Part shown: positions 23,401 through 34,600 of the stretch, one piece after another
Position numbering within the stretch: position 1 is the first letter of the stretch
How the letters are laid out: each line of letters opens with the position of its first letter
Assembly: GCA_963823665.1 (NCBI GenBank)
Contig: CAWGMQ010000004.1
Span: 1,856,001-1,920,000, forward strand
Direction of reading: 5' to 3'
DNA: 64,000 nucleotides
Source of the DNA: an uncultured Planctomycetota bacterium
GTDB taxonomy: Bacteria > Planctomycetota > Planctomycetia > Isosphaerales > Isosphaeraceae
Program-made: the position numbers and the translations under genes
Notes under the pieces: generated by a model
What the model saw: only the letters and a program-made list of their open reading frames with translations
Told to the model about the DNA's origin: nothing
Databases searched by the model: none

Positions 23401-25088
23401 GCCTCAAGCCGAGCGGCACCGTCACCTTCTATGACGGCAGCACGTCGCTGGGCACCGGCACCGTGAGCAGCAGCGGACAGGCGACCTTCGCCACGTCGAC
23501 ACTCAGTGTCGGCACTAACAGCATCTCCGCCCAGTACGGCGGCGACGGCAACTTCAACACGGCCACGTCGTCAGTACTGACGCAGACGGTGAACGCTCCG
23601 GCGGCCGCCACGGTCGCGCTTGCCTCGTCGTCCAGCACGTCACAGGCAGGACAATCCGTGACGTTCACAGCCACCGTCAGCGGAAATCGCTCCACGACCC
23701 CGACCGGCACCGTCACTTTCTATAACGGCAGCACGTCGCTGGGCACCGGCACCTTGAGCAGCAGCGGACAGGCGACCTTCACCACGTCGACCCTATCGGT
23801 GGGCACCCACACGATCACGGCGGCGTACAGCGGCGACTCCACTTACCCGGCGGCCAGCTCCGCGACCTTGACGCAAACGGTGACCTTGGCCACCCCAAGC
23901 GTCAGCGTGGCATCGTCGGCCAATCCGTCCAATTCCGGCCAGTCGGTCACCTTCACCGCAACGGTCACGCCGCCGTCGGGGAACAGCCTCGAGCCGACCG
24001 GCACCGTCACCTTCTATGACGGCAGCACGTCGCTGGGCACCGGCACCGTGAGCAGCAGCGGACAGGCAACCTTCGCCACGTCGGCGCTCAGTGTCGGCAA
24101 TCAAAGCATCACCGCCCACTACGGCGGCGACGGCAACTTCAACACGGCCACGTCGTCAGTACTGACGCAGACGGTGAACGCTCCGGCGACCGCCACGGTC
24201 ACCCTGACCTCGTCGTCGAGCACGTCGGAGGCAGGACAAACCGTGACGTTCACAGCAACTGTCAGCGGAAATCGCTCCACGACCCCGACCGGCACCGTCA
24301 CCTTCTATAACGGCAGCACGTCGCTGGGCACCGGCACTGTCAACAGCAGCGGACAGGCGACCTTCACCACGTCGACCCTGTCGGTCGGCACCCACACGAT
24401 CACGGCGGCGTACAGCGGCGACTCCACTTACCCGGCGGCCAGCTCCGCGACCCTGACGCAAACAGTGACGGCCGACACGGTGAACTTGAGCCTCACCTCG
24501 AGCAACAACCCATCGCTGGTCGGCCAGTCGGTGACGTTCACGGCGGTGATCTCGCCGACGGTCTCCGGCACCCCCACGCCCAGCGGCTCGGTGACGTTCA
24601 TGAACGGCAGCACGGTGCTGGCAACGGTGGCCGTCACGAACGTGTCGGGCCAGTATATCGCCACCTTCACGACATCGTCTCTGACGTTGGGCTCGCACAC
24701 GATCACGGCCAGCTACAGCGATCCCAACTACTCTCCGGCTTCCGCGACGCTCACGCAGCAGGTCACGAACGACTCGATCAGCATCGTGGCTTCGCCTGGC
24801 AGCTCGGTGAGCTCGGGTACATCCGTAACGTTCACGGTTACCGTGACTCCAGCCTCCGGCACCGTCGCGCCGACCGGCACCATCACCTTCGAGGTGGATG
24901 GGACAACCGAAGTAACGGTGACCCTGGTGGCGCAAAGTAACGGTACATCAACGGCGACGTACACGACGTCGTCACTGAGTGTCGGCAGCCACACGATCGA
25001 GGCCGTCTACAGCGGCGATAGCACCTTTCTGGCGAATTCAACGTCGATGATCGAGACGGTGACGGGCAAGGGTAAACTCCCCGCATAG
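14456..25088 (+). CDS. Giant (~3540 aa) secreted adhesin-like protein: LExR signal, parallel beta-helix repeats, poly-Pro linker, ~22 bacterial Ig-like (group 3) domains; frameshift near 20798
   Basis: RRRRRRLPLALEGLECRIAPA; VVTNINDTGTGSFRQAI; repeated GNLISGNxGxGIxI...NxVxGNxIGT; repeated PTGTVTFYDG...LxVGxHxITAxYxGDxNY; the 2115-aa and 1452-aa ORFs join in the middle of one Ig domain (ACT CTG c AGT AAT). Confidence 0.88.
23305..24470 (+). repeat. Near-identical 585-bp tandem duplication (two Ig domains) within the adhesin
   Basis: ATPSVSVASSANPSNSGQSVTF...YPAASSATLTQTVT occurs twice, with nucleotide identity extending to most third codon positions. Confidence 0.85.
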
Positions 25089-25128
25089 ACGACCACGGGA
25101 GGCTGACGCGGACAAGGGTTCCGGCGGG

Positions 25129-25310
25129 CTGTTGAAAATTTGCAGTATCAGGAGCGGAGATTTCCCTGCGCGAATGTTGCGCCAAGTTTCCCCCCTGTGG
25201 AAGGGGGGCCAGGGTGGCCTGTTGAAAACTTGGAGCATAAGGCTAGGAGATTTCCCATCGCGAATGTTGCGCCAAGTTTCCCCCCCTTTAGAAGGGGGGG
25301 CCAGGGGGGG
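25129..25310. repeat. Two ~90-bp direct repeats, each ending in a TTCCCCCC-N-GAAGGGGGG hairpin
   Basis: CTGTTGAAAA...GGAGATTTCCC...CGCGAATGTTGCGCCAAGTTTCCCCCC...GAAGGGGGGCCAGGG at 25129 and 25219; GGGGGGTGCGTCCCGGCGGC also at about 25305 and 25421. Confidence 0.8.
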
Positions 25311-25605
25311 TGCGTCCCGGCGGCCGTCTATGGAGAGTCGCTCGACCGCACCACTCCGACTCCTACTCGTTTTCCTGCTCGTACTCTTCCGCCCCCCGTC
25401 CTCCGCCGTCCGTAGGACAAGGGGGGTGCGTCCCGGCGGCGGCCATCACCAAACTGTCGCGCAACCGGAAACGCCGAATCGTGAACATGGAATGTCGCCA
25501 TTCCGGCCCGCTTTTCATCAGACCGGGGTTCCGGGGCCGGAGCGTGACGACTTCAATCTGATCCCCGGCGACTCGCATGATGCCGCCGGGCTCTCGCGCG
25601 ACCTG

Positions 25606-25885
25606 CCGAGCCTGCATCTGGTCTCGCGGCAGCTCCAGATACACGGGGTGTTTGTACCTGACCGCCGCCCCGAGCAGCCGGTCGATGTCGCTGAAGTCTG
25701 TCTCCGGACGATCCAGCACCGCCCATGCACCCGTGATCTTCTGGAAGACCTCGAACTGCGCCTCAAACCCTTTGACCTTGTGATGCAACTCTCTAGTTTA
25801 CTAAAGCCGCTGTATGCTGCCGGAATGCCGAGACCAAGCTCGACCAGGTGAAGGATTGCACCTACCGGTGCTCCCAGAACAACCT
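25606..25885 (-). pseudogene. Internal fragment of a TPP-dependent alpha-keto acid (indolepyruvate-type) decarboxylase
   Basis: LHHKVKGFEAQFEVFQKITGAWAVLDRPETDFSDIDRLLGAAVRYKHPVYLELPRD resembles the IpdC/PDC N-domain end (LHH...RPVYLELPRD); upstream VVLGAP; rest of the gene is absent. Confidence 0.65.
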
Positions 25886-25971
25886 GTGCCGCCAGCGGCC
25901 GAACAAAATGGTCGAATTGACAGCCGGGAATATTTCCCGATATCATGGATTCAGTGCTGGGGTGAACGACG

Positions 25972-26271
25972 ATGTTATACCGCCACGTCAACAAGACATT
26001 GAGAAGGATTGAGGCCGAGCCTGACTACAATGGCGGCTACAGCGGAGCCATCGTCGAGGCATTCCGGGAACGAATGCGGACCATCATAAGGGTCGCCAAT
26101 GAAAATGATCTGCGGGCGCTCAAGTCGCTGCACTTCGAGAAGCTCAAGGGGAAGCGTAAGGGCGAGTGCTCGATGCGGATCAACGATCAATTCCGCTTGA
26201 TCTTCCATATAAAGTCGACGGAGCATGGCAATCAACTCGTTATCACGGACATTGAGAAGCATTACGAGTGA
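25972..26271 (+). CDS. higB: HigB-like (RelE/ParE superfamily, plasmid maintenance killer) toxin
   Basis: IVEAFRERMRTI...DLRALKSLHFEKLKGKRKGECSMRINDQFRLIF; toxin-first order. Confidence 0.88.
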   Translation: MLYRHVNKTLRRIEAEPDYNGGYSGAIVEAFRERMRTIIRVANENDLRALKSLHFEKLKGKRKGECSMRINDQFRLIFHIKSTEHGNQLVITDIEKHYE

Positions 26272-26618
26272 ATTCCGAGGAACAGACGATGGGCGCCAGA
26301 TGGGCAGATATTATGGGGGCGTTCCCGCCGGGCAAGCTAATCCGAGAGGAGCTCGAAGCGAGGGGTTGGACACAAAAGGAGCTTGCCGACCGGATGGACG
26401 CACCTGTTCAGACAATCAGCATGATTGTGAACGGGCGAAAGGCAATCACGGCCGAGACGGCATTGCAGCTACAAGAGGTGTTCGGCGCGTCCGCGGGCAT
26501 GTGGATGGGGCTGGAAGCAGACTGGCAACTCTACAAGGAGGTTAAAAAGCAAAATGCAAGCAGTCGGAGAAAACTGGACCACGCGCCGTCCATGACCCGA
26601 AACGCGCGCGTGAAGTGA
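26268..26618 (+). CDS. higA: HigA-family HTH antitoxin
   Basis: FPPGKLIREELEARGWTQKELADRM...ISMIVNGRKAITAETALQL..FG.SAGMWMGLE; GTGA overlap with the toxin stop. Confidence 0.9.
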   Translation: MNSEEQTMGARWADIMGAFPPGKLIREELEARGWTQKELADRMDAPVQTISMIVNGRKAITAETALQLQEVFGASAGMWMGLEADWQLYKEVKKQNASSRRKLDHAPSMTRNARVK

Positions 26619-26881
26619 TCCATAGTCTAATCGCGTGAGACTCCCCCCGGGCGCAAATCAAAACGCCCCGCGACCGGTCCGCTTCCGGACCATCCCCGGG
26701 GCGTAGCTCAAGAATCCCTGTCGTCGTTCGTCTAGACTGACCGCGACCCAATCAGATGAAACCAGATCAACTCAACTCATCTGCATGCAGCAACGGACTC
26801 TCCAACCTGTGGCCTTCGCGAACGGAAAGCCCTCCACCGCATGCAATGTGTTGAACCGATCCACCCGCGATCCATCATCCA

Positions 26882-28194
26882 TCAGTTGCTGATAAACGAA
26901 TCCTGCTCCACCGGGAACTGCTTCAAATAAACCGGCAGCTTGCGCCCGCGGGCGTGATGATCTTCGAATACACCGTGCCGTCAATCGTATTCGAGATGAA
27001 CCGCACGGCCCCGTCGCAGAAGCCCATGTTGCAGCCGGCCGGGTGGCCGCTGTTGGAAAACGGATACGACCCCTCGAGAGTCAGCGACTTGCCGCCGTTG
27101 ATGTTCGAGTAGGTCGTCGCCTTGTTCGCCAGCCCCCAGCCCAGTCCGTCGATCTGCAACTGCACGTTAGGCGCCAGTTGGCCCGCCGTGCAATCGTTCG
27201 ACGCCGGCACTCCGCAGACATAAGACGACCCGATGAACGCCGTGAAGTTCGGCAGCGGGCACGACCAGTTCGTCTCACCGCCCAGGCCCGCCGGTGCATA
27301 AGGCGAGGTGCCGCCGATGCCCGCCAGCACGTTCTCGCTCAGCATGATCGTGCTTCCCGAGCCGTCCGTCACCCCCGCCATCGACGAACGCACGTTCCAC
27401 GGAATTCGATTCGTGATCCCCTGCGGGAACGTCGACTCGAGGAACATCACGCCCAGCTTCTGCGTGTTGGCCATATCCGCAACCCATTGCGGGGCTCCGG
27501 AGAGGGCAATACCCCATTTGAGCTGCGTGGGACCGCCCGTTCCATCCCCAAATTGCGTCCCATTGGCCAGCGGGTTCCACCCGGCCGGGATCACGTGCCA
27601 GAGCGCAAAACCGGTGTTCACCACGTAGCTCAGGTTTCCTTGCCCCACCTGCACCGTGTTGTCATCCGGGCATTGCAAAATCTTGAGGCCCGTCTGACCA
27701 ATCTTCAGATTGGTCAACTGGCCCGGCTGTATCCCTCCAGGCTGCGACGCCAGCACCGTGCCGGGGTCATAGTACGGAACCGGCAGCGAAATCGCCGAGC
27801 CCGACGGCGTGACCCACATCGACCATTGGTCCGACATGTCCGCCTGGTCAAGATAAGGCAGAATCGGCACCACCCAGCTATACATGGGCACGCCAACCGC
27901 GCCCGTGCCGCCCGGCAGCCACGACAAGACCGCCGAATTGGCCGGATTCGGAGCCGTCGGGATCACCTGCGTCGGATCCTCGCAGAACTCACCCGCCGGC
28001 GGAAACACGTTCCGCTGATTCACGTAACCAAGAATGCCCAGTGTAACGTTGTGCATGTTGCTCTGGCACTGCGCACGCCGGCCCGCCTCGCGGGCGGCAC
28101 CAATCGCGGGCAACAGCAGCCCGACGAGCACGCCGATGATGCTGATCACCACCAGCAGCTCGATCAAAGTAAAACCTCGACGACGACGGGTCAT
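26882..28194 (-). CDS. DUF1559 (SBP_bac_10) prepilin-like protein; frameshift near 26942
   Basis: RRG|FTLIELLVVISIIGVLVGLLLPAIGAAREAGRRAQCQSN; SWVVPILPYLDQ; CPDD; TDGSGSTIMLSE; SGHPAGCNMGFCDGAVRFI (H-X9-DG); shifted frame ends KLPVYLKQFPVEQDSFISN*. Confidence 0.92.
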
Positions 28195-28404
28195 GAGCGG
28201 TTCCTTTCAGAAAAGGAAAGTGAAGCTAAGATCGATTTTAGCCGCGCCAGCGCTCCTCCGGCAAGCTCCAGCGGCGACTCGAAGGCCACGTTTGTTGTGA
28301 TTCACTCATCTACTCATACGCGATTGCCCGGTACTTGTCTCACCCGGTCTGGTCAATTGTCAGTTGCGGCACCCCACGAAGCACACCGCCCCAGTGCCGC
28401 TCAG

Positions 28405-28480
28405 TGTCGCCTTTCGCTCCGCGAAAGTGCCTCCCCATATCCCCACTCCACCCATTGTCGCCTTTCGCTCCGCGAAAGTA
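28405..28480. repeat. Two REP-like copies of TGTCGCCTTTCGCTCCGCGAAAGT
   Basis: Hairpin CTTTCGC-TCC-GCGAAAG at about 28405 and 28457. Confidence 0.8.
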
Positions 28481-28582
28481 CGTCCCTGTATCCCTCACTC
28501 CACTCCCCGCTCCACGAACGAGCCTTTCCCCTCGCGGCCTCATCCCTGCCCAATCACACGTAAGCTCGCTCCCAACGACCCC

Positions 28583-28609
28583 GACAACTGACAACTGACA
28601 ACTAACAAC
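28583..28609. repeat. Heptamer tandem repeat (CAACTGA)n
   Basis: GACAACTGACAACTGACAACTAACAAC abutting the stop of the giant PilX-like gene. Confidence 0.8.
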
Positions 28610-31600
28610 TCACTGTATCCTATGCTTATAAACCAGCGTTTGCCGGAACCCCGTCGGCGACTGCGGGTTGAACCCCGTCAGCCGCAGCCGGTCAACCAGG
28701 TAGAACCCGCGATACCGCGTGCTCTTCCCATTGGCGGCCCCGATCTCCGGTCCCAGGATGTCGAACGCAGCCCGAGGGTCATACGCGATCATCCCCAGGT
28801 CTCCCTGCCGCTTCACCTCGAAGAACCCGATGGTCAGCCACACCGCGAATTGATGCGTCCGCGGCGTCGTCAAGTTCATCAGCCGCTGCATCTGCTCGCT
28901 CCGCCAGTACGGATGCTCCCGCATGTCCGCGGTCCCACCAGGATTTGTGGCGCTCGCCGTGCCGCCATTGTTACCGAGATGCGGGTTGGAGACCCCAGTC
29001 GGCAGCGGAACCGTCGTCGCCGCAGTGCCGGCCATGTCGCCGGAACATACGTGCTCGCGGCGTTTGCCCCGGGCCAGTATAGGTCCACATTACTCCGGGT
29101 CAGTGCCGCGTAAACCGACGGCGGCATGGACACAGAGTTCGTGTACAGCACCGGTGGCAGAGCGCCGGTAGGATAGTACGGCAACGTTCGTCGCATCGGC
29201 GCGGGGTTAACCGGCTCGTGTTGTTGAGATAAAGATCGCCCGAGCTGCTCGCGTTGCTCGCCCCGGTCGTCAGCGCCAAGCGTACCCGGCGTAGTGGCGC
29301 TGATTGTGCGCTCCCACCGAGGTCAGTATTCGACGTTCCACCTCGATAAGAATCGGCCACCTGGAATAGCCGCCGTACCGGAATCGGCGGCGGATACACC
29401 GGCTCATACGCCGTTCCCCACGGTGTCGTCCGCGTGCCGGTCGTTCCCACAGTGGTCGTCCCCGGCAGCGTGCCCGGATAGGTCGCCGTGGGGTATCCCA
29501 GGAACAGCGTCGGGTTCCTCACCCCGGGGTCGCCGGCGTAGTAGTTCGGCGGCTCACCGTGTTAGTCCGTCGCGCTCGTGTTGGCCACCGGGTTCGTGTA
29601 AGCCGAGGGCGGCAGCACGGCCGGCCGCATCATGCGTGTAATTGATGTCGGGATAAGACAGCGAATGGAACGGCCGCTCAGCCGGAATGCCCGTCGCCCA
29701 CTGATTGTTCGTCAGGGTGGACGGAATCCCTGCGGCGGAGTCCAGTTGGCGTCAACAGCCGAGTTCTGGCCAGTCGCTCCCAATCCATACCCGAACAAGT
29801 AACCCGAACCACCGTGCCGCAACGTCAGGAACTGCACCCACGCGGCTTTCAAGTTGTTGCTGTTTGGCCACGACGGACCCGTCAGCGTCATTGCCGTGGC
29901 CGGGTTGTTCACATTGAAGTACCCGCTCGAAATCGGGTCGAAGTCCGCCATTCCCGGCGACACGGATGCCGTCGTCGCGATCGGTGTCGCCGTCCCGGGA
30001 GTCCCGTTCGCCAGAGTCGACGTCACCACCAGCGGAACCGGGCTCGAAAACTGCGGAAGCATCCAGTTGGGATACGTCGGCGTGCTCCCCGCCGTGGGGA
30101 AGATGTAGTAGAGACTTCCCAGCGGCTGAATCTGGTTGAAATTCAGCAGGCTCTGCGTGAACTGGTTGCTCGCGTTCTGTGCGAGTGCCCGTGCTGTTGT
30201 AGAGTCTGCCCGTTCGTCTGGCTGATCGTCTGACCACCCGCAACGCTGAAGAACACCTCCTCGTCCATGATCAGGTTCAAATTGAGCTGCCCCGGCTTGA
30301 TGTCCTGCCGCATCCAGTCGAAGTTCGACCCGCTCGCCACCGGGCCGATCGCCCCCATCGCCTGGCTCGGCACCTCGAAGAACTCGAACATCTTGAACCA
30401 GCCGTCCGCCCCGTAGCCGCCTACCTGAAAACCCGTGTCGACGGTGATCGGCCCCGCCAAACCCCGAATAGAAGAACTCGTCGTTCAAGTACGGGTACGT
30501 GCGCGGCAGAACAGTCGACGCAGTCAACGTCGTGGACGCCGAATTGAAGTCGTACAGATAGCCGAACGGCAGCGAGCCCGTGTTGAACGCTTGAATCGAC
30601 GCGCTGGTCAACGTCGCCGTGGTCGTCGTCTGGTTGGTTCCCGTGCCAGTCGTCGTCTGCTGCGTCTGGGCCGCACCCACGATCGTCGAATTCGGCCCGT
30701 TGACCGGTGGAATCGACGTCGGGGTCACCGCGTTGAAGATCGCTGAGACAGTACCGCTACCCGGCGGCACGCTTTCCGTCGGCGCAAACTCGACAAACTG
30801 CTTCGTGAAAAGCCCCGGCGAGCAGCCCGGTACCAAGAGCAGCTCCGCTACGCTCGTGAAATCCCGATCGTTGAACGGGAAGTACTCCCACGGCTCAGAC
30901 AGACTGTTTCCCGAGCCCTGCTCGTACTCGTTGGCCCACCCCAGCGTGTGATAGATCGGCGGCGTGGCGAGGATCGAACCGCTACTGCCGCTATAGTAAA
31001 TACCCTGCGTACCCATGCTTTGCGAAGCAGTGCTGGGAACAACGATCTGTTCGGTGTAGCCGTACCGCGGGTCGACCGGAACACTCGTTGTCGACGTGCC
31101 GGTGTAGCTGGTGGATCCCGTCGGCGAGGGAACCGGCACGGCGTGCCCGCCCCGGAACGGCTGGTACCGCTGAACCGAATAAGGGTAGTTGGCGATCGTT
31201 TTCAGGGCAGTAGTCCCAGAACTATTACCAGTGATCGACGGGATCTGCGCAGGCGTAGCGCCCGCCGCATTAGCCACGAGCTTGCCGGTCCCATCGAGGT
31301 ACGGGAAGCGCATCGAATCAACCACCACCATCGGGTTCGAGAGCGAAACCGGCGCAAACAGGTTCGCCGGCCGCCGCAAGCAAACCCAGTAGTACCCAGA
31401 CGGACTCGTCACCGAGGTCGGCGAGATCGGCGCGAGCTGACCTGCCGAGGCGCTCATCGTCGGAATCTTCGTCTGGTAATTGGCCGGCAGCGTGTTCGTG
31501 ATCGCCGTCGTCGTCGTGCTCGTGTTCGTCAATCCAGGCAACACCCCCAGATACAAATTGATCGGCGATGTCGTCGAGTTCGCGCCCGTGAACGGATCGA

Positions 31601-34600
31601 GATTGGGCTTGATCGCCTGGATCATGCTGGCCGGGCTCGTCCCGCTTGGCGTCGCGTAGCCCTGCACCGTGTTATTGGCCGACCAGGTCGCGCCGGGTGC
31701 GGGCCCATTCCGCTCGTACGTCCCCGACCCCGACGCCAACGACGGAGCAGTATTCCCGATCACGTAGAAGTAATCGATGGCTAGAGGCGCCGTCCCACCC
31801 GTCGCCAGCGGCACGCCCGCCGCAATCGGATCCGGTATGGAAGTTGACCCACCTGTAAAATTGGTCGCCGTCGTGCCCGTCGCATAATTAGCAGAAGCAG
31901 GAGGGCCAGTAGGAACAGGAGGTGACGCGTAATAGCCCAGCGGCGTCAGCACAACGTCATAGCCGTCCGTCATCGTTCCCGGCGGCGTTCCCGCCGGCGG
32001 ATTGACCGGGTTATTCGGATTCGTCGCCGGAATACCCCCCGTCGGAGGGCTGAAAGTTGACTGCGCCAGCGGCGTCGCCGCATACAGGTTCCCGTACGGA
32101 ACAATTTGACCGCGATACGGATCGGGCCGGCTGTAAGGGTCGTCGCCCGTGAAGATGATGTCCCATGGTGCCCCCGGATACGGATCGATCACGCCCGTCG
32201 CACTCGGCGTGTTGTACACAAACCCGCCCAGGTTCACCCCTGGATTGAACCCCGCTTGCGTCGCAAATGAGATCTCCGGCGACGTCTGCGTGTTCACCAG
32301 CTCGATAAAGAACCGGTTCGCCCGCGCACCCGTTCCAGTGCCCGCCGTATTGTAAAGGAACGAATACGCCAGCACCTCGTTGATCGCCACCGGATTGTAC
32401 TCCATGCCCCATTGGTCGAGCAGCGGTACCGTGGCGCTGGGTGGGTTAATGCTCGCCAGCGCAAGAGTAACCGGCGGCAGCGTCGAGGGCGCCACCACCG
32501 TGGCCGTACCGGCGGTATTGAGCGCCGCGATTCCCAGAACAACCACGTCCGGGTTCTGCCAGTGCGTCATCGTGCTGTCCGGGTCCCGGAAGTCCACGAT
32601 GTTGATCACATACTGGCTGAGCTGCGCCAGCTCCTCGGCTGTGTCCACCGCCTTCGGCGGCAAGATCGACTTGAGGAGCTGATACGTGTCGTTGATCCAC
32701 TTCTGCCGCACCAACTCGTTGCAATCGTTCGAAACCGGCAGCGGATAATTCAAATTGATCTTGTTGTCCCGCTGGGCCAGCCCCGGCGTCATCAGACCCG
32801 ACACCCCTGGCACCAAAAGCCCCGCCGTCGTCCCCGCAGCGGCCGATTGAAATCCCGCGTTCGTACCCGCCGTGAACCGGCTGTTCGTCGGAAACACAGG
32901 CGCCAGCACTTGCGTCAAGTTTCCAGTCGCGGTGTTCAGCACGAACGTCGGCTGCACCGGGTTGTCGTTCGTCCAGCAAAAGTTGTTCAGGTCCCACGTA
33001 TCGAGCGCAAAGAGCCTGCGCCGCCGCGCACCGTCGAACCCGTTCGTGAAGCTCACAGGCGCAAGCTGCATGAGACGGCTCGACAGCGTCGCTCCGTCCA
33101 CGTCCTGCTGCCGGTACAGCCATTCCAGGTCGCCCGGCCCGAACGGCGAATCATAAAGCGGATTGGGGTAGTAATGATTCATCTCGTCGGCGTCGTTCAG
33201 GCCGTCCGAGTGAAACTGCGAGTTCACGTAATAGTCGTAGCTCGGCAGCGCATTCGGCACATTTCCATTCGTCGTATCCACGTCCAGATACTGCGCACCC
33301 GTGCCCGGATAATTCGGATTGGTCACACCGACAGGGCTCCCCCCCTCGTTCTGAACGGTGGCACCACCCGTGTAATTCTGGTTCGGGAAACGCCCCGCCT
33401 CCAGACCGTGCAGCGGGTTGCTCGTCAAGTCAGGCAGGTACGGATAGACGGTCGGCGTAGTCTGGGTGATGCCGGCCGGGCTCGGGTTCGGCCCGCTGCC
33501 GTAGTACTGGCTGTTCGGGCTGTTGCTGGGCTGCGGAAAATAGATCCCACCGAGATATGTGCCGGTGACGTTAGGCGTCACCACGCCGCTGCTCTCGGTG
33601 TACGTATAGCTCGTGTTGATGACCCCCGGCGATCCCGGCGGCCGGAAATAGCTGTTGAACTCCACTCTCCCGTACGAGTCGCCCCCACGGTTCACAACGG
33701 TGGTCGGGTTCGAGTTCCACGAGTACACATGCCCCGTCCCGTTGATGTCCGCCGGGGTAACCCACCGCCGCATCCGCTCGGAAGGGAACAGCAGCGCCCC
33801 CGCCGCGTCGTAATAGTCGGCGTCACCCACCTCACCACCGTTGACCACCACGCTGCCCGTGCCGTCGGATACGGTAACCGAGTTCAGGGGAAGCGGGCGC
33901 TGCGGGTACGGGTCGTACGTGTTGAAGTTGTCGTCCGCCGCGTCCGGCGGCAGCCCGCTCAAGATGTCCCGGATGTTGATCGAATACCCCGCCCGCACCG
34001 GATTCGCATAATTGATCCCCACCACGTTCACATACTGAGCACCCGACCCCGACGCGCCCGTCGGGTTCGCCGGATTGATGAACGGGCTCCCCGGTATCGA
34101 CTGCGCCTCTCCCCACCTCCCCGCTATCGCCGTGCTGCTCCGAACCACATAAGGTAGCCCCGTGCCGGTATCGATCCCCAGGTTGTCTCCCAGGTCCGCA
34201 ATGCCGTTCGGAAACAGCAGCGGCTGCTGCTCCTGAGTATGGCTCGTCGACCAAAAGACCATGTTCTTTTCACCGTTGGTCAGAAACGTCGGATCGCCGG
34301 CACGCGTCCCGGCCAGCAAATTGCGAAGCTGCGTCAGCCGCACGTCGATCCCGGCATTATCCACCTGCGTGTTGTTGGCAAGCTGGACGTTGTTAAACAT
34401 GTTGTAACCGTATCCGATGTGCGGCGGATCAAACGCCGCGACCCCGTCGAGCCCCGGCACGATCCCACGGTCAAATGCGTTCTGCAGCGCGTACGTCGGG
34501 TCAACCTCGCTGATCGAGTTCCCCAGGTGAACCGCGGTCCCTTGCCCGCCGTAGACTGACGACGGCGTCATCCCGAGGACCGTCGCCCAGGTAGGATCAT

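Noticed and set aside
25129..25310. Direct repeats as a CRISPR array or att sites
   Set aside because: Only two adjacent degenerate units without unique spacers; no integrase nearby
26697..26770. CGGGGCGTAGCTCA resembles a tRNA 5' end
   Set aside because: No D-loop GG, no T-arm GTTCRA at the right distance and no complementary acceptor stem
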